This document shows, in pieces, positions 9,783-19,436 of a stretch of DNA of 64,000 nt (its first letter is position 1; each line of letters starts with the position of its first letter). Both the position numbers and the translations under genes were made by a program. The stretch is from contig OZ245326.1 in assembly GCA_965225915.1 (NCBI GenBank), positions 3,393,439 to 3,457,438 on the forward strand. The letters are read 5' to 3'. The notes under the pieces were generated by a model. The model searched no databases, had not been told where the DNA came from, and was given only the letters and a program-made list of their open reading frames with translations. Source of the stretch: a bacterium. Its GTDB lineage: Bacteria > JAAXHH01.

Positions 9783-11252
9783 TCACCCATCCCCCATGGC
9801 CTGTCGGATCGGATCCATCACGGGACGTACAATAGTATCCGGCGGCGGGGACGTGAAGAGCGATACGGCTATCCCCGTAACGGAACACGTCAGGAAACTC
9901 CAGGCGACGGGGATCAGTCCCGGATTCGGGAGCCATTCGTAGAACATGGCGATGAGCACGGCGTTACCGGCGATGATGGCCGTGATAGCGCCCGGCGCCG
10001 TAAACCGTTTCCAATGCAGGCCGAGCAACCAGATGGGCGTGAGCGTGACGAAACCGGAAAATGAAAGCTGGGCTATTGCGAAGATGGAATCCGGCCGGAG
10101 GATGACGATGTAGTAGGTGATACCGCCGAGGATAACGAGAAACAGCCTGCCCAGTACAACCTGCAAGCGCTGCGACAGGCCATACCATACATCTCGCGTA
10201 AGCATGGACGACAGCGTCAGCATCTGGGCGTCCAGCGTGGACATGACCGCTGCCAGGATACCGGCCAGCGCCAGTCCCTGGATCATGGGACCGAAATGGC
10301 TGCGAATCACCATGGGGAAGACCATGTCCGACTCCCGGCCCATAAAATCGGGAAACTCTATGCGTCCCCACACGCCGTAAAGCGTCGCCACCAGCATCAG
10401 TCCAATCATGATGACGGGATAGTACCGGATGGAGTTCTTCAATGATTTCACGTCTTTTGCGGCGAATACGCGAACCAGCAGGTGGGGGAAGGCGAGCACG
10501 ACCAATCCCATGGACATCCCCCACACGAACCACGCGCCCGTCGTGAAAGGAGGTGTGTCTTTCGTGGCCATCATTTCCGGAAACCGGCGGCCGACTTCCT
10601 TCATCACTCCGGATATACCGCCGAAGTCGGCGGCGACGGCGAAGATCGATACGTAGAGGAACACGCCGAACACGAGGCCCTGGAACACGTTGGTCCACAT
10701 GGTCGCCCGCATGCCGCCCGTTGTGGTGTATATCAGCGTGATGACCAGGATTCCCGCCGCCGCGGTCTCGAATGAGATCGCCTGCTGGGTGAATACGTCC
10801 ACGGCAAGTCCCACCCCGGCGACGCCGGTGGACATGTAGGGCAGCATGTAGATGAAATAGACCACGAAGAGAAGCCGGCCCAGGTTGGGGCTGTCCAGCC
10901 TGCGGGCGAGCAGTTCCGCGGGTGTCACGGCTTTCAATTTCCTGGACGCGATCCACGCAGGGTACCCGATGACGTAGTAGGCTACGGGAATGATGAGCGC
11001 CGCCATGGCCGCCGTGTAACCGAACACCCCGACGCCGTGATGGTAGGCCAGCCCCGAAATGCCCATGATCAGGAACGGCGTGATATTGGTGCCGAAAAGC
11101 GCCATGAACAGGACGAGCGACTTGGCGAGCCGGCCGCCGAGGAAGTAGTCTTCAGGCGTTGGAACGGAGCGGCGGAACGCGGCTGCTCCGATGCAGAGCA
11201 CCACGGCGAAGTATACCACCACCACGACGAATATGGTCGCTTCAGGCCCCAT
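9783..11252 (-). CDS. sodium:solute symporter (SSF) family transporter
   Basis: 489 aa with ~13 TM helices and SSF-family sequence features. It is preceded by a DUF3311-type small membrane protein. Confidence 0.9.
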   Translation of the reverse strand: MGPEATIFVVVVVYFAVVLCIGAAAFRRSVPTPEDYFLGGRLAKSLVLFMALFGTNITPFLIMGISGLAYHHGVGVFGYTAAMAALIIPVAYYVIGYPAWIASRKLKAVTPAELLARRLDSPNLGRLLFVVYFIYMLPYMSTGVAGVGLAVDVFTQQAISFETAAAGILVITLIYTTTGGMRATMWTNVFQGLVFGVFLYVSIFAVAADFGGISGVMKEVGRRFPEMMATKDTPPFTTGAWFVWGMSMGLVVLAFPHLLVRVFAAKDVKSLKNSIRYYPVIMIGLMLVATLYGVWGRIEFPDFMGRESDMVFPMVIRSHFGPMIQGLALAGILAAVMSTLDAQMLTLSSMLTRDVWYGLSQRLQVVLGRLFLVILGGITYYIVILRPDSIFAIAQLSFSGFVTLTPIWLLGLHWKRFTAPGAITAIIAGNAVLIAMFYEWLPNPGLIPVAWSFLTCSVTGIAVSLFTSPPPDTIVRPVMDPIRQAMGDG

Positions 11253-11454
11253 CGTAGTCCCGCCAGACGTATCGGGTGAAGTAGATGACCAGCGCGCCGG
11301 CGGCGATTACCCACGTGATATGGTATGCGAGATCGACTGGCAGCCAGCCGAACAGCAGCGGAGGCGTTGTTCCGTGGTTGAAGAAGTCGACGTGAAGCGC
11401 CGCCAACACGACCACGAGTAACCAGAATATCCGTCTATGCTGTCTTCGTGTCAT
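11242..11454 (-). CDS. DUF3311-like small membrane protein (YhdT-type partner of SSS transporters)
   Basis: 70 aa, two TM segments. It overlaps the start of the downstream symporter. Confidence 0.6.
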   Translation of the reverse strand: MTRRQHRRIFWLLVVVLAALHVDFFNHGTTPPLLFGWLPVDLAYHITWVIAAGALVIYFTRYVWRDYDGA

Positions 11455-11521
11455 ATCCGGTCTGTCCGGTCAGTCTCGACGGGTTCGGGCGCTTGCGGCG
11501 AAGGGGTTCACGTGGCGGAAA

Positions 11522-12889
11522 TCATGGTCCGGTCGATTCCGAGGCGCCGCTCAGCTTGCCGATGTACCGGCGGGTTTCCGCGGCAACGATGGGAGACAGG
11601 AAAAGCAGGCCAACCAGGTTGGGAAAGGCCATGAGCCCGTTCATGATATCGGAAACTCCCCAGACCAGTTCCAACTCGGAGATGGCGCCGATACCGACGA
11701 AGAGGCAGAACAGCGAACGGTACGGCAGGGCGGCGCGTTCACCGAGCAGGTAAACGAAGGACTTCTCGCCGTAGTAACTCCAGCCCAGGATGGTCGAGTA
11801 TGCGAACAGCACGAGTCCCAAGGCGACAAGATGACCACCGAATCCTCCAGGGAGTCCGGTGGTGAAAGCGGCGGCCGTGAGCGACGCGCCGGTGTCGCCC
11901 GACAACCAGACACCCGTCCCGATGATGGTGAAACCGGTGATCGTGCACACGACCAGGGTATCGATGAAGGTCTGCGTCATGGATACCAGGGCCTGGGTGA
12001 CGGGATCTTTGGTCTGGGCGGCCGCGGCGGCAATACCCGCGCTACCCAGTCCGGATTCGTTGGAGAATATCCCCCTTGCCACCCCGAACTGGACCGTCTG
12101 GCGGACCATCGCGCCTGCGAAGCCACCGGCGGCCGCGGCCGGCGTGAAGGCGTGCGTGACCACGAGTTCGAAGATACCCGGAATTGCGGAGGCGTTCATC
12201 AATATGGCCGTCAACCCGCCGATGATATACAGGACGATCATCGTGGGGACGATGAAGCTTGCCGCCCGGCCGATGCTCTTGATCCCGCCGATCAGTACCA
12301 GGCCCGTTCCGACCATCAGTACCCCGCCGGTGATCCAGGGGGACACGCCAAAGGTGCTCTGGAGCACGTCGGCCATGGAATTCGACTGGGTCATGTTGCC
12401 GATGCCAAAGGCCGCCAGGGCCGCAAAAAGCGCATAGGCGCCGCCGAGCCATTTCCAGCCCAGCGCGTTGGTGATGTAGTACATGGGACCGCCCTGCATG
12501 AGTCCCTTCGAATCCTTCTCGCGGTACTTGACGGCCAGGACGGCTTCCGAGTACTTGGTGGCCATGCCCACCAGTCCCGTCATCCACATCCAAAACAACG
12601 CGCCCGGACCTCCGGCCGCGATGGCCGTGGCCACGCCGGCGATATTTCCCGTACCTACCGTTGCCGCGAGGGCGGTCATCAGGGCCTGGAAATGGCTGAT
12701 ATCCCCTTCGGCATCCGCCTCCCGGCGGCGTACCAAAGCCAGGTACAGCGCGTGGAACAGGGAACGGAACTGCACGCCTTTCAGCAGTACCGTGAGATAG
12801 AGTCCCGTACCGCCCAGCAGCACCAGCATGGGCAATCCCCATACGTAGCCCTGAACGGTACTGACTAAGTCAAACATCGTGTTTTCCAT
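11522..12889 (-). CDS. alanine/glycine:cation symporter (AGCS) family transporter
   Basis: 455 aa. AGCS-like motifs [12 protein letters not shown] and [10 protein letters not shown]. Confidence 0.9.
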   Translation of the reverse strand: MENTMFDLVSTVQGYVWGLPMLVLLGGTGLYLTVLLKGVQFRSLFHALYLALVRRREADAEGDISHFQALMTALAATVGTGNIAGVATAIAAGGPGALFWMWMTGLVGMATKYSEAVLAVKYREKDSKGLMQGGPMYYITNALGWKWLGGAYALFAALAAFGIGNMTQSNSMADVLQSTFGVSPWITGGVLMVGTGLVLIGGIKSIGRAASFIVPTMIVLYIIGGLTAILMNASAIPGIFELVVTHAFTPAAAAGGFAGAMVRQTVQFGVARGIFSNESGLGSAGIAAAAAQTKDPVTQALVSMTQTFIDTLVVCTITGFTIIGTGVWLSGDTGASLTAAAFTTGLPGGFGGHLVALGLVLFAYSTILGWSYYGEKSFVYLLGERAALPYRSLFCLFVGIGAISELELVWGVSDIMNGLMAFPNLVGLLFLSPIVAAETRRYIGKLSGASESTGP

Positions 12890-13100
12890 GAGGTGTTCCG
12901 TGTGAAGGTGAAGGGGCGGACAACGAAGGCCAACGTAAGATCACGCCGGAACGTATGTCAAGCACTTTCCATTTTCTTACTTGATCTTTAACCTCCCCCT
13001 TCATATAGTGAGCCATCGCCGGATATCGCCCCCAGGGGCCGGGCCGGTCTCCCAACCTACATTGTCAGAACGACCCTATATCATCTGAGGATCATTTTAC

Positions 13101-14090
13101 ATGTCAAGACTCCGTATTGGCATAGCAGGCGCCGGCGGTATGGGCGGCCACCATGCCAGGATGCTGTCCGCTCGCGACGATGCCCAGGTCGTGGCGCTGT
13201 TCGATACCGACCCGGTGGCGATGAACCGCCTGGAAAAGACCCTCGGACCTACGGTTCAGGGCTTGAATCACTATGGTACTTTAGCGGCCATGATCGAATC
13301 GGAACAAATGGACGGGGTCGTTATCGCGACGCCCCACACCCGGCACGCGGACCAGGTCCGGACCAGCCTGGAGGCGGGACTGCACGTCCTGGTAGAGAAA
13401 CCCATGGCGACGACGACGCGGGACGCCAGGGATTTCATCGACTATTCAGAAAGGGCCGGCAAGGTGCTTGCGGTCGCCTATCAGCGGCATGGCGAGGGCA
13501 AGTTCATCAAGGCCCGCGAGATGATCGGGAACGGAGTCATCGGCGACGTGCGGCTCGTACACGTCATCATCGCCCAGGACTGCCTGGGAATCTTCAGTCC
13601 CGGCGCTTCATGGCGTGCCGATCCTGAGCTTTCCGGCGGCGGCCATTTCATGGACACGGGCAGCCACATCAATGACATTTTACTGTGGACAACCGGCCTG
13701 GAACCCATGTCAGTTCATGCCTTCATTAACCCCGAAGGCACCCTGGTCGACGTGAATACGGCCATCTCGGTCAAGTTCACCAACGGCGCCGTCGGCAACC
13801 TGTCCTACACGTCCATGTCGCCCGAATGGCGGGAAGAGTTTACCTTTTACGGCACGGAAGGCGTCATGCGTTTCGGCGCGTCGGAACCCCTGTTTGTCCA
13901 CCGCAACGGGGAAGACATTCGGTTGCCTCGGACCCCAGGCCGGGGGAAACCGCCGGCCGATAATTTCATCGAGGCCATCCTGGGCGAGGCGGAAGTGCAG
14001 GCTCCGCCCATTTGCGGCCTGCGAGTGGTGCAGTTGACCGAAGCGGCCTACAAATCGGCCGAAAGTGGAAAACCCGAGACGGTTGGCTGA
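13101..14090 (+). CDS. Gfo/Idh/MocA family oxidoreductase
   Basis: N-terminal Rossmann motif IGIAGAGGMGGHHA and the EKP motif. Confidence 0.85.
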   Translation: MSRLRIGIAGAGGMGGHHARMLSARDDAQVVALFDTDPVAMNRLEKTLGPTVQGLNHYGTLAAMIESEQMDGVVIATPHTRHADQVRTSLEAGLHVLVEKPMATTTRDARDFIDYSERAGKVLAVAYQRHGEGKFIKAREMIGNGVIGDVRLVHVIIAQDCLGIFSPGASWRADPELSGGGHFMDTGSHINDILLWTTGLEPMSVHAFINPEGTLVDVNTAISVKFTNGAVGNLSYTSMSPEWREEFTFYGTEGVMRFGASEPLFVHRNGEDIRLPRTPGRGKPPADNFIEAILGEAEVQAPPICGLRVVQLTEAAYKSAESGKPETVG

Positions 14091-14116
14091 TCGAGACAGA
14101 AAACTAATCACCGAGG

Positions 14117-15589
14117 ATGAAAATGAAAGATCCAGAAGTAAACGGCTGTCCCCTGTTTATAAACGGAAACTGGACCGCCGCGCCCGGCGTTGAAACGGAA
14201 CCGGTATTCAATCCTTCGGACGGCAGTGTCATAGCCAGAACACCCATGTGCGGCGAGGCCGAGGTCGATTCGGCGGTTCAAGCCGCCCGGGCGGCCTTTC
14301 CCGATTGGTCCGTCACCCCGGTCATCGACCGCGCAAGGATCCTGTTCCGGTACGTACATCTCCTTGAAGAGCAATTCGAGGAACTGTCCCGCCTGGTAAC
14401 CCGGGAGCACGGCAAAACGCTGGAAGAGGCACGGGGATCCGTACGCCGGGGCATCGAAGTCGTGGAGTTTGCCTGCGGAGCGCCCACGCTGCTCATGGGC
14501 GATTCCCTCGAACAGATCGCCAGCGGCATAGATTGCGACACCATCCGCCAACCCGTGGGGGTATGCGCGGGAATTACCCCGTTCAACTTCCCTGCCATGG
14601 TGCCCATGTGGATGTATCCCATTGCGATCGTCTGCGGCAACACCTTCGTGCTCAAACCGTCCGAAAAAGTGCCGTTGACCGCCATACGGCTCGTGGAACT
14701 GTTGCAGGAAGCCGGTCTGCCGCCCGGGGTGATGAACCTGGTCCACGGCGGCGTGGACGTGGTCAACGCCCTTTGCACCCATCCGGGTATCGATGCCGTG
14801 TCTTTCGTCGGATCGTCACCCGTGGCGAGACACGTCTACCAGACCGCAACCGCCCACGGCAAGCGCGTGCAGGCCGCCGGCGGCGCAAAGAACTACATGG
14901 TCATCCTGCCCGACGCGGACCCCGCTTTCACGGTGGATGCGCTGGTCGGTTCGGTATACGGTTGCGCCGGGGAGCGGTGCATGGCCGGCAGCGTGGCCGT
15001 GGCCGTTGAGGAAGCCGCCGAGCGCGTACTGCCCCCGCTGCGTGATGCCCTCGATGAAATGAAAGTCGGACCGACGGATCGCAACCCGGAGGTGGACATG
15101 GGACCGGTGGTCACCCGCCAGCACCTCGACCGGGTACACGACTACATCGCGTCCGGCTTGTCGGATGGGGCTTCGCTCTATCGCGACGGCCGGGGTGTGG
15201 AAGTGCCGGAAACTCCCGACGGATTCTACATGGGACCCACCATATTCGACGCCGCCGCCACCAGCATGAAGATCGTTCGCGAAGAGATCTTCGGTCCGGT
15301 CCTGTCCGTGATACGCACCGATAGCCTGGACGAGGGGATCGATGCCTGCAACCAGAGCGGTTTCGGAAACGCCGCGGTCCTGTTCACAGGTGACGGCAAG
15401 TCCGCCAGGACCTTCAGACACCGGGTCAGCGCCGGGATGGTGGGCATCAATGTCGGCGTGCCGGCACCCATGGCGTTTTTCCCGTTTTCGGGTTGGAACG
15501 GCTCGTTTTTCGGCGATCTTCACGTCCAGGGCAAGGAAGGATTCGCTTTCTATACCCGTCAAAAGGTCACGATGAGCCGATGGGCTTGA
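14117..15589 (+). CDS. mmsA: CoA-acylating methylmalonate-semialdehyde dehydrogenase
   Basis: 490 aa ALDH superfamily with MmsA/IolA-type sequence (GITPFNFPAMVPMWM, FVLKPSEKVP, catalytic Cys in GERCMA). Confidence 0.9.
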   Translation: MKMKDPEVNGCPLFINGNWTAAPGVETEPVFNPSDGSVIARTPMCGEAEVDSAVQAARAAFPDWSVTPVIDRARILFRYVHLLEEQFEELSRLVTREHGKTLEEARGSVRRGIEVVEFACGAPTLLMGDSLEQIASGIDCDTIRQPVGVCAGITPFNFPAMVPMWMYPIAIVCGNTFVLKPSEKVPLTAIRLVELLQEAGLPPGVMNLVHGGVDVVNALCTHPGIDAVSFVGSSPVARHVYQTATAHGKRVQAAGGAKNYMVILPDADPAFTVDALVGSVYGCAGERCMAGSVAVAVEEAAERVLPPLRDALDEMKVGPTDRNPEVDMGPVVTRQHLDRVHDYIASGLSDGASLYRDGRGVEVPETPDGFYMGPTIFDAAATSMKIVREEIFGPVLSVIRTDSLDEGIDACNQSGFGNAAVLFTGDGKSARTFRHRVSAGMVGINVGVPAPMAFFPFSGWNGSFFGDLHVQGKEGFAFYTRQKVTMSRWA

Positions 15590-15635
15590 ACCTTTAGCGT
15601 GTAACTGAACCTTCAGCGTGTAAAGGATACTTAGG

Positions 15636-16718
15636 ATGTCCAACCCCGACGTGTACATCATGAAAACCCGCCTGGCCGTGGAGAGGGCGATGAACGACGC
15701 GACCTTCGCAATCCCGGCCCGCCAGATGATGCGTGCGCTGAACATCGATCCCGGCAACCGCGCCGTGATGATGAAACCCAATGTCACGGCAGGTGCTCCG
15801 CGCAACAGCGGTATTGTAACCCATCCCGCCTTCGTGGCCGGCCTCATCGACTATTTCGTCGAGGACGCGGGCATCCCGACAGGCCGGGTGTACGTCGCCG
15901 AAACGACAAGCCGCACGACGTCGCTGGCCCAGCGAGACTTGAGTTGGGCCCGGAGCGGCTACACCGAGATGGCGCGCGAGAAGCGCGTACGGCTGCTTGA
16001 ATTGGCGGATTTCGGCAACGTACGCGTCACGCCCGGAGACACGGTGCAGCTTCATAACATCGGGATCTCCAGATGGGCCGCCGCGGACAACGTGTTCTAT
16101 ATCAACGTACCCAAGCTGAAGACACACAACCTGAGCGTGGCCACTTTATGCGGCAAGAATCAGCAGGGGATCATGATTCCGGTTATGGAACGCCACCTGT
16201 GTTCGGACGCCTGGCGCGCCACGTTTGGACCGGACGATCAGAAAAAGCAGGGCCGAGAGTGGATGCGCGTCGAGGACCACGAAGCCTGGCAGCGGACCAT
16301 TGCCCACATGCACTGGGACGTCTACCTGGCCTGTCAACCTGATTTCAACGTGGTTGAGGGCATTGTGGGCCGTGACGGTAACGCTTTCTACCTGGGGCGC
16401 AACTTTCCATCGGGCCTGGCCATAGCCGGTGAATCCATGGCCGCGGTGGATCTCGTGGCGGCCCATCTCATGGGATTCGAACCAGCGAACCTGGTGTATC
16501 TACAGGTCGGGATCGAACGGGGACTGTGTCCTCCCTCGATCGACGAGGTTAACGTGCATCTCGTCCGGGACGGTGAAGTGGCCGGATTGACCGACCCCAA
16601 TCGGCTCAAGGCCGATCCTCCCTTCGAAGTCTACCGGGATATCCCCGCGGACTACTCCAAAAAAGATCTCTTCGACGAATACGATCCGAACGCCGAGGAC
16701 TTTCAGATAACGGCCTGA
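15636..16718 (+). CDS. DUF362 domain-containing protein
   Basis: DUF362 hallmarks: MKPNVT, PKLKTHNLSVATLCGKNQQG, VVEGIVGRDGN, AAVDLVAAHLMGFEP. Confidence 0.7.
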   Translation: MSNPDVYIMKTRLAVERAMNDATFAIPARQMMRALNIDPGNRAVMMKPNVTAGAPRNSGIVTHPAFVAGLIDYFVEDAGIPTGRVYVAETTSRTTSLAQRDLSWARSGYTEMAREKRVRLLELADFGNVRVTPGDTVQLHNIGISRWAAADNVFYINVPKLKTHNLSVATLCGKNQQGIMIPVMERHLCSDAWRATFGPDDQKKQGREWMRVEDHEAWQRTIAHMHWDVYLACQPDFNVVEGIVGRDGNAFYLGRNFPSGLAIAGESMAAVDLVAAHLMGFEPANLVYLQVGIERGLCPPSIDEVNVHLVRDGEVAGLTDPNRLKADPPFEVYRDIPADYSKKDLFDEYDPNAEDFQITA

Positions 16719-16763
16719 CGAAGGGACCAGATAGATAAACGGGACTAACCCGGAGTTGCTCCC

Positions 16764-17948
16764 ATGGTACAGGAAAGGACCGAACCACTCTATTCCCCTT
16801 TGATGTCCCCTGCGACGCGCGATCTTACCCACGGTTTTCTTCCTCTTGAAGATCCGCTCACCCGCCTGCCCGATCCCTTCGAAGACTGGGAACAGACCGG
16901 TGACGTGCTACCGAAGCTGGCCCTGTCGAAATATATCCGTCCCGCCGTGGAGGATCTGCCTCCTTTCGCGGTGGATCGGCTGGATACCCTTGCCGAACAT
17001 GAACGGGCCATGAGCCTGCTATCCTTCCTGGCCAACATGTACGTCTTCGCCCCCGATCATCCCGTCGCCACGGCGATCCCGCGCAACCTGGCCCAGGCTT
17101 GGCACGGCGTGGCCTGCCGCCTCGGCCGTCTGCCCATGCTGACCTATGCGTCCCAGGTCATGTACAACTGGCGCAGATTCGACCGGCACGGTCCCGTCGA
17201 AGTCGGGAATCTGCACATGATTCTGAATTTCCTCGGCGGCATGGATGAAGAATGGTTCGTCACCATCCACGTCCACATCGAGGCCGTGGCGGGCCGCGCC
17301 CTCTCCATGTTGATCCCCGGGCAGGAAGCGGTGTCGCGGGGGGAGGCCGAAACGATTGTGCGCTGCCTGGACGCGGTGGCCGGGACCCTCCATCAAATGT
17401 GTACCGTCCTGGAGCGGATGACGGAGCGCTGCGATCCGAATACGTATTATCACCGCGTGAGGCCCTACATGTTCGGGTGGAAGAACAATCCCGAACTGCC
17501 CGATGGCATGGTGTATTCGGGCGTGGAAGCCTATGGCGGCCGGCCTCAGCAGTTCCGCGGCGAAACCGGGGCCCAGAGCGCGGTCATTTACGCCGTGGAC
17601 GGGTTTCTCGGAATCGAGCACGGCTACGATGAAATGCGGGCATACCTGATGGAAATGCGCGACTACATGCCCGTGCAGGACCGCCATTTCATCGAAGAAG
17701 TGGAAATCGGGCCTTCCGCCCGGGAGTTTGTCCTGGAACGCAAGAACGACCTGCCAGGGGTAAGAAAAGCATACAACTCCGCCGTGGAAGCACTATACGA
17801 ATTCCGGCGACTGCATATCGAGTACGCGGCGATGTATGTGCTCAAACCTGGACAGCGGGAAGACAAGGGGCATGTCGGTACAGGGGGCACGCCCTTTACG
17901 GTGTATTTGAAAAAGCACATCGACGAAACCCTGGCTCACCGCATTTAG
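16764..17948 (+). CDS. indoleamine 2,3-dioxygenase (IDO) family haem dioxygenase
   Basis: The C-terminal half aligns convincingly to human IDO1. GWKNNPELPDGMVYSGV matches GWKGNPQLSDGLVYEGF. GETGAQSAVIYAVDGFLGI matches GGSAGQSSVFQCFDVLLGI. RLHIEY matches the proximal-His SYHLQ. GTGGTPFTVYLKKH matches GTGGTDLMNFLKT. Confidence 0.8.
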   Translation: MVQERTEPLYSPLMSPATRDLTHGFLPLEDPLTRLPDPFEDWEQTGDVLPKLALSKYIRPAVEDLPPFAVDRLDTLAEHERAMSLLSFLANMYVFAPDHPVATAIPRNLAQAWHGVACRLGRLPMLTYASQVMYNWRRFDRHGPVEVGNLHMILNFLGGMDEEWFVTIHVHIEAVAGRALSMLIPGQEAVSRGEAETIVRCLDAVAGTLHQMCTVLERMTERCDPNTYYHRVRPYMFGWKNNPELPDGMVYSGVEAYGGRPQQFRGETGAQSAVIYAVDGFLGIEHGYDEMRAYLMEMRDYMPVQDRHFIEEVEIGPSAREFVLERKNDLPGVRKAYNSAVEALYEFRRLHIEYAAMYVLKPGQREDKGHVGTGGTPFTVYLKKHIDETLAHRI

Positions 17949-18035
17949 CTGCCGTATAGCCAAAACAATTGCCCTCCAGGCCCGTCCGTGTTAAATTAGC
18001 GTTCCGGTAAAGGCTATATCCACAAGGGCTTAACA

Positions 18036-19292
18036 ATGGCGCGCCAGTTCAACATACCCAGTTACTACAAGAGCAAGATCACGTCCAGGATCAAGAAGGG
18101 CAGGCAGCTGGTCGATCCCAAGAAGAAAGACCTTGCGCCAACAGTGCTGGACTTCGACAGCGTTCGGTTCATCTTCGCGAGACATTTCGGGTTCTGTTTC
18201 GGCGTGGAAAACGCGATCGAAATCGTGTACAAGACGCTTGAAGAAAACCCGGACAAGCGGATATACCTGCTCAGCGAGATGATCCATAATCCGAATGTCA
18301 ACACCGACCTGCAATCCAGGGGCATCCGGTTCATGCACACCACCCTGGGCGAGCAGCTCATATCCTGGGACGAACTGACCTCAGAGGATCTTGTTGTCGT
18401 GCCGGCTTTCGGTACGACCGTAGAGATAAAGGAAATGCTGACCCGGCGGGGCATCGACTTCTGCACCTACGATACGACCTGCCCGTTCGTCGAGAAGGTC
18501 TGGACCCGGGGAGGTCAGATCGGCCAGCAGGGATTCACGGTGGTCATTCACGGGAAACCCCACCACGAGGAAACGCGTGCGACATTTTCCCACAGTGTCC
18601 AGCAGGCCCCGACCGTCGTGGTGCGGGACCGCGAAGAAACCCTCATCCTCGCCGATATCATCATGGGCAGGCAGGGCGGGGATCGATTTTTCGAGGTTTT
18701 TGGCAAAAACTGCTCGGCGGGGTTCAACCCGGAAATCCATCTGGATCGCGTTGGCGTGATCAATCAGACCACCATGCTCGCCAGCGAGACCCACGAGATC
18801 GCCCGGCTCATCAAGGATGCGCTGGAAGATCGGTACGGAGCGGAGAACATAGCCGACCATTTCGCGGACACCTCGGATACCCTGTGCTACGCCAGCAACG
18901 AAAACCAGAACGCCACCTATGCCATGATAGCAAGAGGGGCGGACCTGGCCCTGGTCGTCGGTGGGTATAATTCGTCCAACACTTCCCACCTGGTCGAGCT
19001 TTGCGAGGAGACGATCAGTACCTACTTTATCAACAGCAGCCAAGACATTCTATCTGAAAGCCGGATCCAGTACTTCGACCTGGGCTCCAAGTCAGTGGTA
19101 CAAACCAGCGGCTGGCTGCCTGCCAGCCGTCCAGTGGACATCATCCTGACCTGCGGCGCCTCCTGTCCCGACATTATGCTGGACGAAGTGCTGCTACGCA
19201 TTCTTTCTTTCTTCCCCGATGCGCCGAATGTATCCGAAGTCCTTTCCGATTACGAGAATGCCGTCCTGCATCCGGTGGTTTCCGCATCGTGA
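18036..19292 (+). CDS. ispH: 4-hydroxy-3-methylbut-2-enyl diphosphate reductase (long form)
   Basis: FGFCFGVENAI, the HGKPHHEE region, and the three-Cys LytB architecture. Confidence 0.9.
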   Translation: MARQFNIPSYYKSKITSRIKKGRQLVDPKKKDLAPTVLDFDSVRFIFARHFGFCFGVENAIEIVYKTLEENPDKRIYLLSEMIHNPNVNTDLQSRGIRFMHTTLGEQLISWDELTSEDLVVVPAFGTTVEIKEMLTRRGIDFCTYDTTCPFVEKVWTRGGQIGQQGFTVVIHGKPHHEETRATFSHSVQQAPTVVVRDREETLILADIIMGRQGGDRFFEVFGKNCSAGFNPEIHLDRVGVINQTTMLASETHEIARLIKDALEDRYGAENIADHFADTSDTLCYASNENQNATYAMIARGADLALVVGGYNSSNTSHLVELCEETISTYFINSSQDILSESRIQYFDLGSKSVVQTSGWLPASRPVDIILTCGASCPDIMLDEVLLRILSFFPDAPNVSEVLSDYENAVLHPVVSAS

Positions 19293-19298
19293 ACACGA

Positions 19299-19409
19299 CT
19301 GACCGGATGTAGACCGGCTGACCGGATGTAGACCGGCTGACCGGATGTAGACCGGCTGACCGGATGTAGACCGGCTGACCGGATGTAGACCGGCTGACCG
19401 GATGTAGAC
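19299..19409. repeat. perfect 19-bp tandem repeat (ctgaccggatgtagaccgg) x5 plus one 16-bp partial copy
   Basis: Directly visible in the sequence. It starts 7 nt after the ispH stop and ends ~28 nt before the next gene start. Both ends carry 'tgaacac'. Confidence 0.9.
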
Positions 19410-19436
19410 TGAACACTCCATGCCCAGGGGCATACT

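Noticed and set aside
12890-13100. Looked for a glycine riboswitch or other leader upstream of the Ala/Gly:cation symporter.
   Set aside because: No recognisable glycine-riboswitch core or paired aptamers were found in the 211-nt spacer. I cannot exclude other RNA elements without a covariance-model search.
16465-16485. tRNA-like T-arm signature GGGATTCGAACC.
   Set aside because: It lies inside the DUF362 coding sequence (encoding LMGFEPANL) with no surrounding cloverleaf, so it is a coincidental match.
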